DNA of 64,000 nucleotides from the human T2T-CHM13v2.0 reference genome, Homo sapiens: NCBI RefSeq assembly GCF_009914755.1, contig NC_060930.1; one strand, 5' to 3'. Shown piece by piece: positions 28,100 to 40,799 of this stretch (position 1 is its first letter; each line of letters starts with the position of its first letter). The notes under the pieces were generated by a model. It saw only the letters and a program-made list of their open reading frames with translations, ran no database searches and was not told where the DNA came from. The position numbers and the translations under genes were made by a program.

Positions 28100-28598
28100 G
28101 AGTTGAGATCATGAAAGGGGCCTTATGCTTTCATTATGTAGATAAAGACGCTTCAGGACATTCCTGAAACCAGAGGTAAGTAATCTAACTTTTGCTAACT
28201 CTAGCTTTTTGTCTCCTTTCCCAGAAAATGGCCACTAGCTTTCAAGATATCAAGGGACTGAAACTGACTACTGACCAGACTCCATGGCACCAAGATCTTC
28301 CATTTGTCATGGAGGCTTGACACCTGTTATTAGTCTACCTGCTGGTCCCCTGACCCTCACCCTCCAACACAACTCACATGTAATCCCAGTCTCCACATAT
28401 AGCTGTATTCCTTATCCCTCCTTAAGAGCCCCAACTCTAGTTAGAGGGGCAGATTTGAGACTTATTTTCCCATCTCCCAGGTGAGGTCACCCGCAGTGAA
28501 GCCTTTCTTCCCTGACAATACTTGTCTCAGCAATACTCACTGGCATTCTGTGCCTCAAGCAATGGAACGCTGGCCAACCCCCTTTGGATGGGTAATAA
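28100..28598 (+). mobile_element. ERV1 solo LTR remnant (MER34/MER39-like)
   Basis: GGGGCAGATTTGAGAC...AAGCCTTTCTTCCCTG..AATACTTGTCTCAG..ACTGGCATTCTGTG resembles MER34/39-type U5. The start is uncertain. Confidence 0.5.
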
Positions 28599-31059
28599 CT
28601 AAAGACTACCCTTTTTATAGCTGCATGCAGCTAGCCATAGCCACTAGGCACTGGTTAATGTATCTCTAAACACAAATTGAGTCATTCCCTGAATGTATGC
28701 TTTTCCTTTCTTCACTCCCGGTTTGGTAGACTTGTAACAGATAAAAGCAAGAAAAGTTATTTTGGACCATCAAGGTAGAAAATTTCTGGATCAGTACACC
28801 TCAGATCATCTGTATCAGATTGCATTGCTCATGTTTGGACTGTCAGAGAAAAGAAAGTTCTCCTTCTAAGCTGCTATAAGGTTTGTCTATTAGTAAACCA
28901 TCTTGGCTACTATAACGAGTCCATCTTCCAGGAAATGAGGAAAATGTGGAACCCTCTCTCCTCCAGGGGCAAAACTCTGAACAGACAGGCTCCCAGGAGC
29001 TGGTACTAATGGGCTGCTCGAGTTTGGGTGATACAGTGATTTGTAATGAAACTAGTTGGGTGGACACCTTTTGAGACTCAAGATTCCTCAGAAGAACCAT
29101 CCAAAGCTCACTACGAGGAGTGCCAAGAAATCCCAGTACGGGGATACCACCGCATATTAGAACCAGCACATCAAAGTCCCAAGTAGGCCATTATACTTCA
29201 CCCCTTTACAACTGGATGCTCACCTCCCCTGCTAGAATCTGAATAAAATGTCATCCACAGGATAAGCCATCTTATTTAGCCATACCAATGAGCCTTGGAG
29301 TCTTACAGTAGACACCTGACAGTAATAACTTTGGCACACCCAAAGAATGACCCTAATGTCATTGCACCTGACAGCAACAACTTAAGGGTTGCCATGTGGA
29401 TATTGCCAGGGAAAGGGTGCTAAGTGAAAGTGCTGTACAAATTGCATGCTGTTTTTAAACAAGCAGTGGCAGTTCTGTCCAGCCTGCTACTAGACCTAGT
29501 AAGGTCCTACAAATATGCCTTATGTATCGTTTGCAGGAGGTAAGAAAATCCTGTGAGTACCAAGACAATGGGATCAGGAAAGGGGAAATCTGTGGAAGTC
29601 CTGGGCTGGCCATCCACATCTATGTGGGGCCTGAGAGCCACTATCCTTAATCGGACCCAATGTGAGTATGGGGATGCCCCCACAAAAATGCTGAAGGGTC
29701 TGAAAGCTGTTTAGGGGTTGGATCTAAGTGAAAGATGCCTTAGCTGTGGCGTTACAGTTGGCTGGATGTTCTTGACTGTGCTAGAATCTCCACCTCAGTG
29801 GCTACCTGAAGTGCAGTCAAGGATGCATCAGTTACAAAGTGAACTACAATTAGATGCCAGTTTAGCTCAAGCTGAAATGGAGACTCTAATGTTCCCACAG
29901 GTGGGAACAGGGTAACAGAATGGAGATCCCGGTTTGGTGGGTAGACCATGTGAAGGGCCACTGACTGCCATATTGATGAGTCAGGGCTACCATGATTAAG
30001 TCGTCCTAAGACCCTAAGCCCTCAGACCCCATGGAGAGCTCTAGTGAGAAGAGTGAGGACTGGGATGAATCCATAGATCTTATCTGCATCTGGTTTTCAC
30101 CAAAATAAAAGTGGACCAACTGTACCCACATAAGGTAGCACTACAAGACTAGCTTGCACCTGAAAGGCGGCAGCACACCTGTGTGGAGCTGCACTACTGT
30201 GGAATTGGAGCTGGGAAATAGATACAGGAAGAAGGGGAGAGTCAGTCACGGGGTGGTATCCATCTATAAAACATGGGGGCAGAGGGTATTACACGCTGGA
30301 CTCATACAATGGTATCCATCATGAACTACCTGGCCCTGAGGCAGGCACCTCTATGGTACCACCAATAATGAGGATCTGGCCATCCCAACAGGTGGCTGTG
30401 GGCTGCAAGGTGGCCTGGTCAAATGAGGGAGACATCCTTATGTCTCCTTTGTGGTGACAGACTGGAGAAACTGCAGAACATCCTCAGAATTAGAGGATGG
30501 AGCATGCTATCTCTGCTGAGCACTAGAGGTCCCAACAATGAGCTTTTCACTGCCAGAACAAAAGATGCCACCTTGTAGTCAGCACCCAACCCAATGATAT
30601 GGCATGCTGGTGTCTACCCTGGGCTTCTTGGTAGGATAGACAATGTTTCAGGCAGCCTAAGCAGCTGCCAACTCTGAGGAAGTGGAGAAACTGAGGGGTG
30701 TGTACTACTGGGGTAAAAGACAAGGGAGCCAAAGGAAAGGGAACAGCCAAGGGGCCCATCAGGGTGACCCACCAACAAATGTGGTATGACCTGATATTGG
30801 CAGGGACACCTACTGCAAAAATAGCTTAATGCTGTTCTTGTGGGACTGTGGCAGCAGTTCAAGCCAGAACAGCACTTCACCAAAGGAGCCTCAAAAGTTC
30901 AACCCACTGCCCTTCCTGCAGAGGGATGGCCAGCATCAACCGCTTTAGACTAGGATGTAGGCCAAGGCCCCAGAATCCCAATAACAGCAATGGCGACTAG
31001 GGTGTCTGGGGGCTGGTGGCCACATGTAGAAGTGCATATTGCTCACTTAGGCTGTGCTT

Positions 31060-33650
31060 GCTCCATTGGCTACTGGAACTGAATGCACGCATAACATTCA
31101 TTGGTTCCAAGGGCCTGTAATAGCAATAGATGGTTATACAGGGGCCATGAAAGACAGGCTGAATTAAATATTACAAGTTGGGAGATTGCCACCAAAATCC
31201 TGTTTAGCATACACCGATTCCATCTGAGAATATATCTTGGGAATGGATCTCTTATTAGGCTTGACCCTCTAAAATGGCAACTGGGAAATTCTGACCAGGA
31301 GTTAGGGTGGTGAAGCATATGATCATGGTAAACATGAAATGGTTTAAATGGTACAGTTGCCAGCCCTGCAGTGAGTAGGGTATTGCTGCAGCACTGAAGC
31401 AATACCACCTGCTGGGAAGGCATGATGAAATCCCAGAGACAAGGAGTTAACCCGGGTAGGCATAAGGCCAGTACACAGCCCACACAACGGCCCTGTATGG
31501 GCAGTGTAGAAGCCTGATGAGACATGGAGGATGATAGATTACTAGGAATTAAATAAGCCACTCTCTCTCCCCAACCCACCCACCATATATGCAGCTGTTT
31601 CCAATATTACCACCCTCCTGAAGGGGCTAGGAGAGGTGCTTGGCTCATACCATTTTGTTATTTAGCCAAAGCCTTCTTCAGCACCCCCAATGCCCCATTT
31701 GCATTCACTTGGGAAGGAAAACAATGGACCTTTGCCATCTTTCCCCAAGGATGGTTACATAGCCTCATTGTCACAGTCTAGTGGCCACAGACCTCAGTGA
31801 ATGGACCACTCTGGAGGGTACTTGTTCTCCATCACATGGAGAACATCATGCTAACTTCCAAGTCTTTTACAAGCTTACAAGCCGCAGCCCTCACCTTGCT
31901 CTTACTTGGCAAACAGGATGGAGAGTCAATGCAAAGTCCAGGTTCCACAAATACTTGGCTGTCATCTTGTCGGGTAAGGCTCAAGTCATTCTGCCTGCCA
32001 TTATGGATAGGGTGCAGGCCTACCCATGTCCTATCAGTGAAGCAGTTGCAAACCTTCTCGGGCCTCCTAGGGTATTGGAGTCCTTTTATTCCCCATTTGG
32101 CCCAATTCCTTAGGCCCCTAATACAGCTTAATTAAGAAGAGGGCCTACTGGGACTGGTCCCACAAGGGAGAATGAAGCCTTTGAATAAGTCTCTGAAATA
32201 CAAGCTTTGGGAGTTCTAGGGCAGGGACAGCCTTATGAATTGGATGTAGCCAGATACCTGAGGGGTTTGGGTATAAACTATGGCAAACGCAAGGACAAAA
32301 ATATGTGCCTTTAGGATTCTGGTCCCAACTACAGAAGTGGGTGAAGTTATACATAGTGTCATAGAGTAACAACTCTGCACTATGATGTTATGCCTTACAA
32401 TAAGTGGAGGACATTACTAAAGGGCTCCCAGTGCTATTATACACCCAAGTATCCTATAGTAGGTTGGCTAAAGGATCTTCCAGAAACCAAAGCCTGGGAA
32501 TGCCCAGACACAGACTGGCCAAGTGGGACGCATACCTGTAACAGGAGCACATTGGCTAATAGGCCTTTGAGTGCCGACCTCCATTTGGGGCTTGGCCCTG
32601 TCACCTATGTGACAACTGAAGATTGTTGACAGAGGTCTACTGGCCCTCCAGATGCCCCCTTTTGTACAAGAGGGACAGGACCCAGTGCCTGACCAGGACT
32701 AGTACATAGATGGCTCATCACAAGGCAATCCTTACACTTGGACAGCCATAGCCACCCAGCCGTCCACTGATAGTATCTGGCTTCATACTGGTAAAGGACA
32801 TAGTAGCCAAAGGGCTGAGCTGCAAGCTGCCTGGATGGTCCTGAGGCAGACCTAGTAGCCTTGTGCACCAATAGCTGGGTCATCTTCCAGGGCCTCAGCA
32901 TGTGGCTACTACAATATGAAGTGCAGGATTAGATGGTAGTGGGCCATCCCTTTTGGAGTGCTGACACATAGAAGGATGTTTTCCATTGCATCTGGGGGAT
33001 ACATAATGGTCCATCATGTGGATGCCCACACCACATCTACACCACCTGGAAAACCAGCAGAGGAGTTTGCCATCATTCATTGAGGAAGTCACAGAAGATG
33101 TAACCCTCTGGCTATGTAGGACAGGACATTGGGGACAACATATCCTTGGGCCATAGAGTTGAGGCCTGCCACTACGAGGTGAAGACATATTATATGCCTC
33201 TTAGTGTCTTACCCTAGCACAACAACACCCCGAGCTCTTGCCACATGACCAGACAGGCCGCCTAGGGTCGGATCCCAGTGCAATGGTGGGAGATAGGCTA
33301 CATAGAACCTTTGTCTCTTGAGGCTGCCATCATGCCTTGACTTTTGCAGACGTCTACATGGGGCTACTGCAGGTATATTCCAGCAAGCATGCCAGAAAGA
33401 TAACTACCATAAAAGGATGAGCAGCTATGTACAGCCTACAATGCCCCAGCAGTAACCAGGGCATGCACCTTGATCGATAAGGTGCAGAAAAGAGAGGAGT
33501 CCCTGGATATACACTGGCATTTCCACCAGTTGTACAATGCTACTACAGTAGGGCCGATTGAATGGATTATGGAAGCAACTCCAGGAGACACTCTGGCTCT
33601 GGACACACTGCTTACCAGTTGCCATCTGCACCCTAAATATGTGAATTCTC
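31060..33650 (+). pseudogene. pol: Disrupted retroviral pro-pol (protease, RT, RNase H, integrase)
   Basis: Protease-like ATGTECT at ~31070. RT motifs AFFS, FAFTWEGKQWTFAIFPQGWLHS (~31670-31765), HHMENIML (YIDD-equivalent) and QLQTFSGLLGYWSPFIPHLAQFLRPL (ORF 31797-32135). RNase H YIDGSS at ~32703. Integrase-like QWWEIGYIEPL at ~33281. Many frameshifts and stops. Confidence 0.85.
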
Positions 33651-33699
33651 ATCTCTGGCACATGTAGACTGATGCAAGGAACTGATCTCACTATCAGGA

Positions 33700-33804
33700 G
33701 CGCAAGGGACGGCGGCGCAAGGGACGGCGGCGCAAGGGACGGCGGCGCAAGGGACGGCGGCGCAAGGGACGGCGGCGCAAGGGACGGCGGCGCAAGGGAC
33801 GGCG
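33700..33804 (+). repeat. 15-bp CpG-rich perfect minisatellite GCGCAAGGGACGGCG x7
   Basis: Seven identical units with 3 CpG per unit. Confidence 0.97.
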
Positions 33805-33849
33805 CACCTTTGCCCCAAGCTGGGACTCAAGCTGTTATTGCCCTTGCCA

Positions 33850-33992
33850 CAGGCCCCACCCTCAAGGGAGCATATTACATGGCCCTGGAAACAGTAAACC
33901 ACCCCCCAACCATGTAAACCAGGCCCCACCCTCAAGGGAGCATATTACATGGCCCTGGAAACAGTAAACCACCCCCCAACCATGTAAACCAG
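33850..33992 (+). repeat. 70-bp perfect tandem duplication, with a diverged third partial copy at ~34015-34050
   Basis: CAGGCCCCACCCTCAAGGGAGCATATTACATGGCCCTGGAAACAGTAAACCACCCCCCAACCATGTAAAC occurs at 33850 and 33920. Confidence 0.95.
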
Positions 33993-34726
33993 CCCCCCAT
34001 GTAATAATAAACAAATTACATGGCTCTGGAAATGGTAAGCCAGCCCCCCATGGTTCGTTTTTCACTCTGGCAGCAGGGAAGGGCCTAGAACAAGATATAC
34101 AGGTCACACCTGTTTTTATACTTTACTCTCCCCCTTCATACTTCAAAAGTGATTCTTGGCCCTGTCTTGTGTTAGAGAAGGATCCTCATTATGAAATATC
34201 CCCATCGTCTTCCTCTGGCCTCCTGCAACATGTCATAGGTCGGCCAATCCATCTGATATTATAGACTGGGCACCAGGCTGCTGCCAGAGGTGGTGCTTTC
34301 TCAACACAACTTCTTGTGTTTTGCTAGATGGTTATGACTTGCCCTTTCTTGACTAAACATCTCACCTTCCACCCATAGATGGTATGCAGCCAACCTTTGG
34401 GCACAGGTGGTCTCCCTCCAGAACAAAACAGTCTACAATCAAGATGGGATGATATTTTCCACCTAGTATGGAAGCAAGTTAGTGTTATCCCCACTGTGGG
34501 TATGCTATACATGGTGGGCTAGGGTGGATGATACTGCAGAGACATGGGTAGTCGGTCATGTACCCTTCTTTGTAAAGCCACATAGCCCTGGACTTCAACC
34601 TGCCCAGGATGGAGGCTGTGCATGCATTGAAGTTGACTTGTCTGTATATACATCCCTAATTGCTCTCACGATATAACCCAGGCCATGAGGGCCCTAGAAT
34701 CTTACAGCCCTAGAACTGCATAGGTT

Positions 34727-35027
34727 GTGGGTTTTTGTTTACATCTTTTGGTTTTTTGAGACAGTCTTGCATTGTCACCCGGGCTGGAGTGCAGTGGCAC
34801 CATCTGGCTCACTGCAACCTCCACCTCTGTGGTTCAAGCCATTCTCCTGCCTCAGCCTCCCGAGTAGCTGGGATTACAGGCACCTGCCACTACGCCCAGC
34901 TAATTTTTTTGTATTTTTAGTAGAGACAGGGTTTCACTGTGTTGGCCAGGCTGGTCTCATACTCCTAACCTCGTGATTCACCTGCCTCAGCCTCCCAAAG
35001 TGCTGGGATTACAGGTGTGAGCCACCA
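34727..35027 (-). mobile_element. AluS (Sg-like) inserted in ERVL internal
   Basis: Alu body 34757-35027 with ACCTCGTGAT. TSD TAGAACTGCAT(A)GGTT at 34711 and 35028. Confidence 0.95.
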
Positions 35028-35462
35028 TAGAACTGCATGGTTTCATCATTTTCCAAATGCTTGGAAAGGCTTTCTGTAGTCTGATTACATTCATCGTATT
35101 GCTGAGGCATCTGGCCACAATGCTCTTTCACATACCTGGCCCCAGGAAAGTCACGGAAGAATGTCCTAAGAATATGAGGGCTATTCAAGGGTATGCTAGG
35201 TGGAGGTGCATGGTAGACACCTGACAGCAACCAGCATACCCTGAGACTGATCCTTATGGCAGACACAACTGACAGCAATAAGTGAGGGGTGCCACGTGGA
35301 AGCTGCTGAAGGGAGGGTGCTAAGTGCTATAAACTGCCTGCTTTACAACATGTGGTTGCAATAAGTTTTCCTTCCAGCCAACTGCCACTGGACTGCCCTG
35401 TAAGTTCCCTCAAACCCTATGTTTTGTTTGCTGGCTCTTGGTCTCTTTGGCCTCTTGAACCT

Positions 35463-35812
35463 TGGTTTGGCTGTGTGCCCACCCAAGTCTCATCTTTAGT
35501 TGTAGCTCCCATGATTCCCCTGTTGTGGGAGGGACCTGGGAGATAATTGAATCGTGGGAGGTGGCTTCCTCCATTACTGTTCTCGTGGTCGTAAGTCTCA
35601 TGAGATCTGGTGGTTTTAAGGTGTTTCCTCTTTTACTTGGTTCTCATTCTCTTTGCCTGCCATCACATAAGATATGCCTTTGTTCTTCCCTTGCCTTCCG
35701 CCATGATTTTGAGGCCTCCCCTGGCCACATGGAACCAAGTCTATTAAGCCTTTTTCTTTATAAATTACCCAGTCTTAGGTATGTCCTAGTAGCATGAAAA
35801 CAGACTAATAAA
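35463..35812 (+). mobile_element. THE1 (MaLR) solo LTR nested in the ERVL 3' LTR
   Basis: TGGTTTGGCTGTGT..CCACCCAA..TCTCATC...TAAATTACCCAGTC...GAAAACAGACTAATA. 5-bp TSD AACCT at 35458-35462 and 35813-35817. Confidence 0.9.
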
Positions 35813-35949
35813 AACCTTGTACCATCCCTACTTAAGTTAGTAGGGGTCCAACATAAGAGTGTCTCACTTTCTAGAGGACACACTAACAATCAGAACAAGC
35901 TCAAGTTTGGCTTCCCCAGATCAGCCAGTGGTTCACAACTCAGCTGAGG

Positions 35950-36080
35950 TTTGTTTTTTTTGAGACACTCTCGTTCTGTCACCCAGGCTAGAGTACAGTG
36001 GCGTGATCTTTGCTCACTACAACCTCCACATCCTGAGTTCAAGTGATTCTCCTGCCTCAGCCTCCTGAGTAGCTAGGATT
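35950..36080 (-). mobile_element. 5'-truncated Alu (right arm only)
   Basis: TTTTTTTTGAGACACTCTCGTTCTGTCACCCAGGCT...CCTCAGCCTCCTGAGTAGCTAGGATT. Confidence 0.9.
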
Positions 36081-36929
36081 CAACTGAGAATTTTGACCTC
36101 ACTAGAAAGTTCACTTGGCCTTAATGCTGGCTCCATTAAGGTACTTGAGCCTGCTGCTAATAGCACCTGGTCCTGTGATTGAGACATCCACCTCCTATCC
36201 CAGGACTATCCCATAAGAATGCTTTCTCTTCACTTTCCACTTCACACCATGTTTTGGAGTTGATATTGATACCTGCAGATATACCTGGTGACTATTGAAG
36301 TAGGTACAAGATTGGAGGTAACCATAAGAAGTGGGAAGGTAACCCTAACCAAAGGAAGGGAGAAAATGAAAGCTTCAAAGTAACAGGGAGAGGAGACTAG
36401 ATAGCTGATCTAGCCACTGCATCTCACTCTTTCAGGGAAACCAGCAAAAGCTTTGTGTTCTAGTCTGAGGACACAATCCTAAGGAAAATGAATTAGGACA
36501 GAGGGAAGGCCAGTATAAGTCTGCATTATGGAGTTGGCCACCACTACTAGCAACTCTAGAGTCACCCAAGAAGCTATAGCCTTAGGAAACATCTCAGAGA
36601 GACTGGAAAGATAGAGGGATGCATTATCCATTGGTTCCCAGCTCCTATCCATCAAGGTTTGTCCCTAGGTGCTAACACCCCCCCATACTTCCAGGGGGAA
36701 ATGAAAGCCCAGTGGATTCCCAAGAACATTCCATGTCTCCAAATTGGAGGAAAATCCTGGGACAGGAACTGGGAGGTAGCTGGTATAAAACTGAGTTGAA
36801 GTGCTGTTGGGTTACACCAGCAGCTGCAAATGGGAAGAGGTAGTGAGGAAGAGGGGATTTGAAGTGGCACATAAGAGGTACAAGCATACCAGATGGCATG
36901 AGAAAGGAATGTAATAATGTAAGACATGC

Positions 36930-37098
36930 GGCTGGGTGCGGTGGCTCACGCCTGTAATCCCAGCACTTTGGGAGGCTGAGGCAGGAGAATGGCATGAACC
37001 CGAGATGCAGAGCTTGGAGTGAGCCGAGATCGCGCCACTGCACTCCAGCCTGGGCAACAGAGCAAGACTCCGTCTCAAAAAAAAAAAAAAAAAAAAAA
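36930..37098 (+). mobile_element. AluY collapsed to a monomer by left/right-arm deletion
   Basis: The left-arm start runs straight into right-arm GGGAGGCTGAGGCAGGAGAATGGC. AluY-diagnostic AATGGC and GAGCTT are present. Intact poly-A and TSD AGACATGC at 36922-36929 and 37102-37109. Confidence 0.9.
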
Positions 37099-38011
37099 GA
37101 CAGACATGCAAGTCAAATCACCCAGGTACCAGAATAAAGAGACATTTTCTAGTCACAGGCTTCAGCTGGATTTTACTTAATTTTTTAAAGAAACATGACT
37201 AATAGTGACAGAAAGGCTGGAAATAACAGGATTAGCCAAAACATACCTGGTAAGTACTAAGAGGGGTTAAAAAAAATTGAGCAAAGTGAAATAAGACCAA
37301 AAGCGCTGTGGCAAAGAATGGTATCATTTTTAGAAGTGTATCTTAGTGGATTATAGACTATGTTTAGGGTATAAAGTGAGAATTCCTAGAAACTTAGACT
37401 CAAAATAAAAGCTCTAAGAGGCTTGAAAAGAATGATTCACTAGTCTCAATGTAGTGGATACACAAATTCACACCTTACAAAGATGCATTCTTGTCTCCAC
37501 ACTATTGATATGGCTTTTGATTATGAGCCTCTGTCCATCTTTTTGCAAGTGTGGCCATTGAAATAAAGTTGGATGGGATTTTTCTTTTCAAGTTTTTGAT
37601 CTTTGCTTCTGCCAGCACAAGACCTAAAATCATTTCATTCTGAATCTCATTAGCCAATGCTGATTTTGCCCTTAGATATCAGCCTTGCTTAGGACTGAAA
37701 TTTCTTCACCTAGAACACCCTCCGCCCCACCAGCACCTGACCAGCTTTGGTGAGGCTATCCCTGCTTACAGCATGGCTCTGCCAGGATTGATACAGCATG
37801 GATATTCTTTTGGGTTTCAAGTCACCTTGACATCGCCTGACTTCTTAGTAACAGAATGGAAGCCCCTACTACTTCCAAAGCCGACCAAACACTGGACTAA
37901 AAACATTCACACGATAGTCATTGCCTCTGATTCCCCATTTGAGTGGTCTTACAGGGAATTTGACAGTTCCCCATAGGAGTGAGGAGAGGCCATTTCAGTT
38001 CCCCATAGGAG

Positions 38012-38412
38012 TGAGGAGAGAGGCCATTTCTCCTACTGTCCCCTGTCTCCAAAGAAGAGGAAGTAAAAACTGAAAAATAACAAGAGTGATCGGTGCCACT
38101 GGCCAGGCCTGTAGGTTAAAGATTAACCCCCACCCTAACCTGCTTGTGCTATCTATAGATCAGACAACAGTATGGAGAAATACTTGCCTTGCTCACCACC
38201 CCCACACCTAGTCACATACCTCATACTTGCTCAATCTATCACAACCCTGTCATGTGGACCCCTTAGAGTTGTAAGCCCTTAAAAGGGCCAGGAACTATTT
38301 CTTCGGGGAGCTTGGTTCTTGAGACGCAAGTCTGCCGAAGCTCCCAGCTGAATAAAGCCTCCTCTTTAATCTGGTGTCTGAGGGGTTTTTGTCTGCGACT
38401 CGTCCTGCTACA
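38012..38412 (+). mobile_element. Solo ERV1 LTR, LTR2 family (HERV-E/Harlequin)
   Basis: Runs TGAGGAG...CCCTTAAAAGGG..GGGGAGCT..GAATAAAGCC..GTCTGAGGGGTTTT..GTCCTGCTACA. 4-bp TSD GGAG at 38008-38011 and 38413-38416. Confidence 0.85.
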
Positions 38413-40799
38413 GGAGCAGGGGAATGAACGTTATCCTAGTAGTAGTGAGAACTCTCCATAGGGTTTACAGGCTCCCGAGGCCAGGTTCTCCCTGCACAAT
38501 GGGGATTACATTAGGATATGCAGACAGTAAAGCACAGAATTCAGGGAGAGAACCTTGGAATACTTCTAGATCAACTCCAAATAATTTTCTGGAAGATTAG
38601 AAGATGACTTCTGCTTTAAGTTCATCCTACCCATGCCCCCTCCGAATGCGACCTATTTCCATAGTAGCTGGAATTTAAGACGGAAACAACTAGTTCAGGA
38701 TGTATGAATTGAACATATTCATTCTCTTTTGGGTATAAAGGTGTAAGAAACAGCTTAGGTGATAGTTAAGACTAATGCTTTTGGGTCTGTTTAAAGTGAT
38801 AAGAGCTTGTTACCACTCATCTAAGATGAAAGTGAAACGAGTATGAAAATCCATTACTCCAACCCATATAATGCCAAGCATAATTCTGCCAGAGTAGACC
38901 ATCCCTTGAGTGTAGTACATTCCAGCGTTTGGCCAATACAAACCAGCCTTGATTACCGTAGCTCCCAAAATTGGAGTTCTACTTAGAATCTAGTTTGACA
39001 GTAACTACGACGTTTTGAAGTGCTCATGTGGGCAAAAACAATAGTGAGCTGGCTTTATATGTTTGCAACCAGGGTCAAACACCCATCCCTGAAAGCTAGA
39101 TGACATACCTTAATGATCATTTCCCATTCTTTGGAAGACTCATGGCTGGCCTCAACTGTAAGTACAAGCCTCTCAATTTACCTTATCTCATATGCCTACA
39201 CAGGCTCAAACTGACTGCATGTTGTAGTGTTCTCAGTGATAGGAATGGCCTGGAGTATTCAGACAAGGAAAGGTTTGTGACTACTACCTACTTTGAAGGC
39301 TGCAGCAAAAGCTGTCAGTGCCAGCCCATATCCTGTCATATCCCATTGCCATTTTGTTGTCTTTGTCGGGAGAGTTGCTTATATGCAGAGCTTGAGCCCA
39401 AAATGCCTGGGAAACTTACATTTCCGTGTGACATTCCCATTTAATGGCATAACTGAGATTCCCATTCATATCACCTCAATCTCATCCCTAAATCCGGCTA
39501 AGACAAGCCCACTATAAGCCTGCTGACCCATGGAACTTTAGACCTGTTGCAATAGGTTCAGTTACAGTTACTCCTTTATGCTTTTTGCCTTTTTTAAACC
39601 CTTATTTCTGTCACCAAGTTATTTCTGGCCTTTCCAGAGATTTTCCCTAAGCTTATGGGCTTTTATTTTGTTCTGTTGACTTTTTACTTTTTAGTTCCAC
39701 TTACTAAGCAACTACTTGTCTTGCCTTAGGTCTGTGAAGCTCAGCCCAGATCATGGCTACCTGTAGAGGCATCTGGACACTATCCCACCCACCAACATGT
39801 GAGCAACTTGTTAAACTCCCCCCAGTCCACTGGAAACCAAACACCAGCCCAGGTATGAGTCAGTATCTGGAGAAGCTCAACAAGACCCCGATATCAGGAG
39901 TCAGTCCAAAGCATCTACTGTTTAGTGACAGATGCCAAGGGAGAATCTTAGCTGACAGTGCCAACATTTGTTCATTTGTACCATGAGTTTGAATGCCAAT
40001 TGCTCATCTGTACAGCTACAGTCAGACAGTCAAGCAAGTGATATTCTGCTTTCACAAGAAATGCCTTATCTATAGCTGCTGTTTATGTAAAGTTGTCCCA
40101 GTTTGAGACTCTTAGTGAAAGTACCCTGTTCCCAGGATGACTGGGACACTTGGTCACCTGTTTTTATGGCAAGCTCATGAAGTGACTTCCTTTACCCCTC
40201 ACCCTTCAATTCAGGCTTAAAGATCCAAGACTAGAAACCAAAGTATATTCTAGAAACAGATTAAAGCATAGGTTTTTAAATACACATAACTACTTTTAAA
40301 TGAGATTTTGCCAAGGAGATATAGGCAACACCCAAATCTTTCCCCAGGCACCCTTATCCATGGGATTTCTGGGCTTGACTGTTATAATGCAAATGTATTC
40401 TTAATTCCCTCAGGGCCTACTGCACACAAAATAACCCTCAAGAGCCAAGTATAAACCTAGACAAACTGATCAGAGCATTGTTTTGAGAAGCCCAAGGTAA
40501 AAAGTTGCTCAGGATTCTGGTCCAGGGATTCATGGCCTTAGATGCCATGTAAGATGAATAGTAGCCACAATTTAGAAACAGAGCCTGCATACCAACATGT
40601 AGGTGTGCCATAGGTGAGGGTTACACGAAAAAGGCAGTATAGTGAAAGTGTGGTTAAGACGCAAAGGGAGCAGATGCTAGAACTGACAAGGAGCCCCAGT
40701 GGTGGATGGACAACTACTTGGTATCTTGGCAACAGAATCCATCTGAATATCCAACAGCAAGCCAAGGTTTTCTTAAGTCTCAGACCTGAGAATAAATCA

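Larger units (their letters stand above)
29290..35856 (+). mobile_element. Near-complete decayed ERVL provirus with LTR47-like LTRs
   Basis: The 5' LTR (GTAGACACCTGACAG...AGGGTGCTAAGTG at 29308-29425) is repeated at 35213-35326. The internal region holds gag-pro-pol remnants. The 3' LTR is split by THE1 and ends ~TAGGGGTCCAACATAA. Confidence 0.8.

Noticed and set aside
31070-31579. Longest ORF in the track (169 aa, minus strand)
   Set aside because: It is antisense to decayed ERVL pro-pol and has no recognisable domain.
31797-32135. RT-like ORF as a domesticated retroviral gene
   Set aside because: The catalytic YxDD motif has decayed to HMEN and the frame is flanked by stops and frameshifts.
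33633-33935. ORFs with repeated GARDG / PCAAV peptides (33672-33917 +, 33633-33935 -)
   Set aside because: They are translations of the stop-free 15-bp VNTR, with no evidence of a gene.
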